Part shown: piece after piece, positions 29,823 through 33,197 of the stretch | How positions within the stretch are numbered: the first letter of the stretch is position 1 | Layout of the letters: each line of letters opens with the position of its first letter | Source of the DNA: Verrucomicrobiales bacterium | GTDB taxonomy: Bacteria > Verrucomicrobiota > Verrucomicrobiia > Limisphaerales > DUCD01 | NCBI GenBank assembly: GCA_012959985.1 | Contig: DUCD01000470.1 | Location: 23,149 to 56,345 of the forward strand | Direction: 5' to 3' | Length of the DNA stretch: 33,197 bases | Notes under the pieces: model-generated | Told to the model about the DNA's origin: nothing | Databases searched by the model: none | What the model saw: the letters and a program-made list of their open reading frames with translations, nothing else | Program-made: the position numbers and the translations under genes

Positions 29823-30788
29823 CTACATTTCGAGAATCCAAATGTTTTGATAGAAAACGGGGTTTCCATGCCCTTGCAATTGGATCGGCCCTGGAGTCGG
29901 CCCTTCGGGCTTGCCGCCGCCCGTCTTTGCTGTAATTTCCCGCCGATCATGAATGACGACCCCGTTGTGCCGAACCGTGATAATCGCATTGTGGTTTTTA
30001 TTACCTGAATCATCGAATCGGGCTGCTTTAAAATCAATGTCATAGGTCTGCCAAGTCAATGGCGGGAAGCACATGTTCACAGCAGGAGCTGCCTGGGTAT
30101 AAAGACCTCCGCATTCATTGTATTTCCCCTCGAGGCCAAAGCTGTCCAGCACTTGTACTTCATATCGATCCTGTATATAAACTCCACTTTTGCCGCGTCC
30201 CTGCCCCCGACCCTTGGGCTTGAAAGGCGTCTTGAACTCGAGATGTAATCTGAAGTCCTTGAAAAGCTGGCTGGTTTTGGTACCCGCAGCCAATAAATTT
30301 CGAGCATCAAGATGTCCTTTAACCCAGGCATCTGCATTTGAACCATCCATAAGAATGATCGCTCCTGTGGGTGGTTTTACACCCATAGTCGGACTCGTGC
30401 GCACCAATTTATTCATGGTGTAAACATCACCTTGATCGCTATTCGTCGTAATCACCCCCTTCTTCAGGCTGTGACTCCATCCATCCCGATAACCGGAAAA
30501 CTGGATGGATCCCCCTTCTCTTTTCCCCTCCGCCGCATTCCTGGAAGACTGGTCCCACCCCGCACCTGGCAAACCTCCGGGGTAAAGTACCAGGCGAAAT
30601 TGATTGTCGCCCAATGCAATTACCTGTGCCCCTCCCCAATCATTAACATATTCACCTTGATCCTGATAATCTGCCCCCCCTTCAGAGGGTGTCAAAAAAA
30701 CCGGCACATCCTTTTTTTTTGCTGCCCCAAAGCATAGAACGGTTGAAAGACATAATGTTAGAATGGGTTGAAAGGTGATATGTTTCAT
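29823..30788 (-). CDS. DUF1080 (3-keto-disaccharide hydrolase) family secreted protein
   Basis: Signal peptide; FKDFRLHLEF, SGVY, YEVQVLDS, WQTYDI, HNGVVIH, LQGHGNPV.Y.NIW. Confidence 0.9.
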   Translation of the reverse strand: MKHITFQPILTLCLSTVLCFGAAKKKDVPVFLTPSEGGADYQDQGEYVNDWGGAQVIALGDNQFRLVLYPGGLPGAGWDQSSRNAAEGKREGGSIQFSGYRDGWSHSLKKGVITTNSDQGDVYTMNKLVRTSPTMGVKPPTGAIILMDGSNADAWVKGHLDARNLLAAGTKTSQLFKDFRLHLEFKTPFKPKGRGQGRGKSGVYIQDRYEVQVLDSFGLEGKYNECGGLYTQAAPAVNMCFPPLTWQTYDIDFKAARFDDSGNKNHNAIITVRHNGVVIHDRREITAKTGGGKPEGPTPGPIQLQGHGNPVFYQNIWILEM

Positions 30789-31034
30789 AAGATTGATAGA
30801 TTGTTGATGTTTTCAGCGAAATGTAAGTTTGAGTCGATGTTGGATGTTCTATTATCGCTACAGGATTCCAAAAACAGGACTCAAACGCAACAAGATTCAG
30901 TGTTCAGTAAATTCAGCCATCACGTTTTGTTCCCGTGTCGAGTAGGTCTTTGGAGGCATACAATCCGTTGAAGAGTGAGTGTCACTGCCATCAGTCCAAT
31001 CTGGTTTTCGTAAGCGCACGCAACAACTGGAACC

Positions 31035-32039
31035 TCAGTCAGAAAACAATTGTGTGTTTGCGAAAAGAGCCGGAGCGCCGCCGGTATGAACGAACAGGAC
31101 AATCTGATCTGAACGGAATTCCCCTTTCCGAATAAGGTCGATCAAGCCGGTCATTGCTTTCCCGGTATAAACGGGATCCAGAAGAATGGATTCCAGACGG
31201 GCGACTAAGCGAACGGCTTCGATCATTTCTGGAGTCGGTAAGGAATATCCCTCTCCAAAATAATCTCCATTACATATTGCTGATCCGGACGCTTCCCCGT
31301 GATCCGATCCAAGTAGCAATTGAACTTCCCACACCAGTTGATTGACTTTTGACTCCTGCGATTTCCCCGGGCGGCTGACCGTGATACCAATTACTGAGAC
31401 ATCAGATTTCGAAATCCTGAATCCGGCTTCCAATCCCGCCTGGGTTCCGCCGCTTCCACTCGGACAAATCACATGATCAAAGTTAAGATTCATACTCGCC
31501 GATTGGGTTAGGATTTCATTTGCACAGGCAACATAACCCAAGGTCCCGAGAGCATTGGATCCACCAACGGGAATGGAATAAACCTTGCAGCCCCGGGCTG
31601 AGGCTTCCATCGAAAAATCACCCATTGCCGCCATAAGGTCGGTATCGGAGGAAACCGTCTTGATGATTTCCACTCCAAGAAGTTCGTCAATAAACCGATT
31701 TCCGTTGGTATGATGAGCCTCTATTCCCGAAACGACTTCCTGGAGCACCAGTCGACATTTCAATCCCTCCAGAGCAGCCGCGGCAGCCGTCAATCGACAG
31801 TGATTTGATTGCAGGGCACCGCAGGTAATCAAGGTATCGGCTCCCTGTTGAATTGCATCTCCAACCAGGAATTCCAATTTTCGAGTCTTATTGCCACCGC
31901 CTGCCAACCCAAGCAGATCATCCCGTTTAATATAGATTTCCGGACCACCCAGGAAACGACTTAGCCGTTCCAGTTTTTGAATAGGCGTCGCGTGGACTGA
32001 ATAAAAACGACGTGAAAACTGACTGAAATCAATATTCAT
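31035..32039 (-). CDS. dcyD: D-cysteine desulfhydrase (PLP-dependent, ACC deaminase/DcyD family)
   Basis: KRDD, GGNKTRKLE, QSNH, GSGGT; DPVYTGK and HTGG are DcyD-type rather than the YEGK/HLGG of ACC deaminase. Confidence 0.85.
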   Translation of the reverse strand: MNIDFSQFSRRFYSVHATPIQKLERLSRFLGGPEIYIKRDDLLGLAGGGNKTRKLEFLVGDAIQQGADTLITCGALQSNHCRLTAAAAALEGLKCRLVLQEVVSGIEAHHTNGNRFIDELLGVEIIKTVSSDTDLMAAMGDFSMEASARGCKVYSIPVGGSNALGTLGYVACANEILTQSASMNLNFDHVICPSGSGGTQAGLEAGFRISKSDVSVIGITVSRPGKSQESKVNQLVWEVQLLLGSDHGEASGSAICNGDYFGEGYSLPTPEMIEAVRLVARLESILLDPVYTGKAMTGLIDLIRKGEFRSDQIVLFVHTGGAPALFANTQLFSD

Positions 32040-32090
32040 TTATAAACATTCACCCGCCGTGAAATTCCCAGATCCAATGTCAGAACTCCC

Positions 32091-33197
32091 TCATCGGAAA
32101 ATCTGATGAATCACTTTCCCCGAACTTCCGGGAGGCACAGCCGAATTCAGTATACCTGCAACGGTTGGGGCAATATCATTCATAATAACGGGAATCCGAT
32201 AATTACCTGGACGGATGGATTTCCCATAGAACAACAAGGGAATGTGAATGTCGTAACGGTAACCCGTTTCATGACCTGTTCCCTGATCCAGAGTGTCGTC
32301 ATAACCACCCAGGATATAATAAGGCTCATTGGCGATCATAAGTTCTCCACTCCGTTTTGGATGAAATTGATGACTGAATTTCAATCCTGTAGAATCATTA
32401 AACAAACTATTAGCGAGTATTTCCGACCGGGTGTACGCCCGGCGAATTCCTTTAATGCTTTTCAATGCTTCGGCAGCGGTTTTTTCCACCTCTTCGTTAG
32501 ATAGATTCTTAGAGGTGATTGCCTCTAGGTTCAAATACAAGTTCGGTTTATTGAAAGCGGTGATCCAATCTGCTTCCCCAAATTGTTTATCCAAGGAATG
32601 GTCAACCGTTGATTTCAACAAATCACCGGAAGCATGATTGCTTCCTGTTTTGGGGTCGATACGTCCCGCAGAAACACCGTGTTCTGCCAAGTATTCGGGA
32701 ATCGCAGTCGAACCATGATCCGCAGTCAATACAATGGCTACTTTGGACAACCCGACTTTTTTATTCAGGTAGGAAAAGAGTTCTTCAAGGATTCGATCCA
32801 AACGCAGAATCTGATCCTGCATTTCCTGGCTGAAGGCTCCATACAAGTGTCCAATTTTATCTGTTGAAGAAAACCCGATGATCAAAATATCTGTAAACTC
32901 ATCTCGGCCCAAACCCTCATTATCAATCACCTCCCGGGCAAACTGGGAAAGCATAGAATCACCAAAGGGGGTATTCGAAAATGCTTCAAAAAATGCCTGG
33001 CCCGGCTTTTCAAGTTTTCCGTTGATGGGATGAGGAAAAGTTCGTCCTAATCCACGGTAGTCTGATTCATGTGGATAATCATCCTTTCGTGATAAATGGT
33101 ATTGACGTTCCGGTAGGAGTCGATCCCACTCGGCGCCAAAAAAGGAGTGAGGAATGCGTCGGTTATTGAAGTCCTTCACCCAACCCGGGAGTTGCTT
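32091..33197 (-). CDS. Alkaline phosphatase family protein (PafA-like), C-terminal part (runs off the window end)
   Basis: Frame open to 33197 (KQLPGWVK...); TPFGD, SSTDKIGHLYG, LTADHG, GTGH...YD.HIPLLFYG, DIAPT. Confidence 0.9.
   Translation of the reverse strand, partial: KQLPGWVKDFNNRRIPHSFFGAEWDRLLPERQYHLSRKDDYPHESDYRGLGRTFPHPINGKLEKPGQAFFEAFSNTPFGDSMLSQFAREVIDNEGLGRDEFTDILIIGFSSTDKIGHLYGAFSQEMQDQILRLDRILEELFSYLNKKVGLSKVAIVLTADHGSTAIPEYLAEHGVSAGRIDPKTGSNHASGDLLKSTVDHSLDKQFGEADWITAFNKPNLYLNLEAITSKNLSNEEVEKTAAEALKSIKGIRRAYTRSEILANSLFNDSTGLKFSHQFHPKRSGELMIANEPYYILGGYDDTLDQGTGHETGYRYDIHIPLLFYGKSIRPGNYRIPVIMNDIAPTVAGILNSAVPPGSSGKVIHQIFR

Noticed and set aside
30983-30995. cactgccatcagt as a third MITE end
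   Set aside because: Only about 9 bp match and no partner end
31035-32039. ACC deaminase (acdS) call
   Set aside because: Has YTGK/HTGG instead of the diagnostic YEGK/HLGG
24326-32039. Sulfur pathway linking TauE and D-cysteine desulfhydrase
   Set aside because: About 6 kb apart, on opposite strands, with unrelated genes between
1-33197. CRISPR array, tRNA/rRNA, prophage or defence island; the many short antisense ORFs
   Set aside because: No spaced direct repeats or hallmark genes were seen; the short ORFs are shadows of well-supported genes

Overview
About 33 kb of gene-dense bacterial DNA, very likely from the PVC superphylum. Verrucomicrobiota (Pedosphaerales-like) or Planctomycetota is inferred from the DUF1501, DUF1549/1553, DUF1592/1552, H-X9-DG prepilin and TIGR02603-type heme domains. 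The window holds 22 protein genes (two cut by the window ends), many of them secreted hydrolases or c-type cytochromes. No rRNA, tRNA, CRISPR array or transposase was seen. The most notable items are: (i) a translationally coupled operon of a parallel beta-helix lipoprotein and two paralogous SO2930/HNE_0200-type diheme cytochromes, the second fused to a third heme domain; (ii) a 155-bp IS4-like MITE enclosing a REPIN, with a decayed relative 3.7 kb away; (iii) a YoeB toxin remnant overlapping the start of a PPOX-like gene; (iv) a sialate O-acetylesterase homologue lacking its catalytic Ser; (v) a Tat-exported hydrolase that seems to need a CTG start; (vi) a secreted cyanophycinase-like peptidase leading a DUF1553/DUF1501 operon. 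All family calls come from motif recognition by eye; no searches were run.
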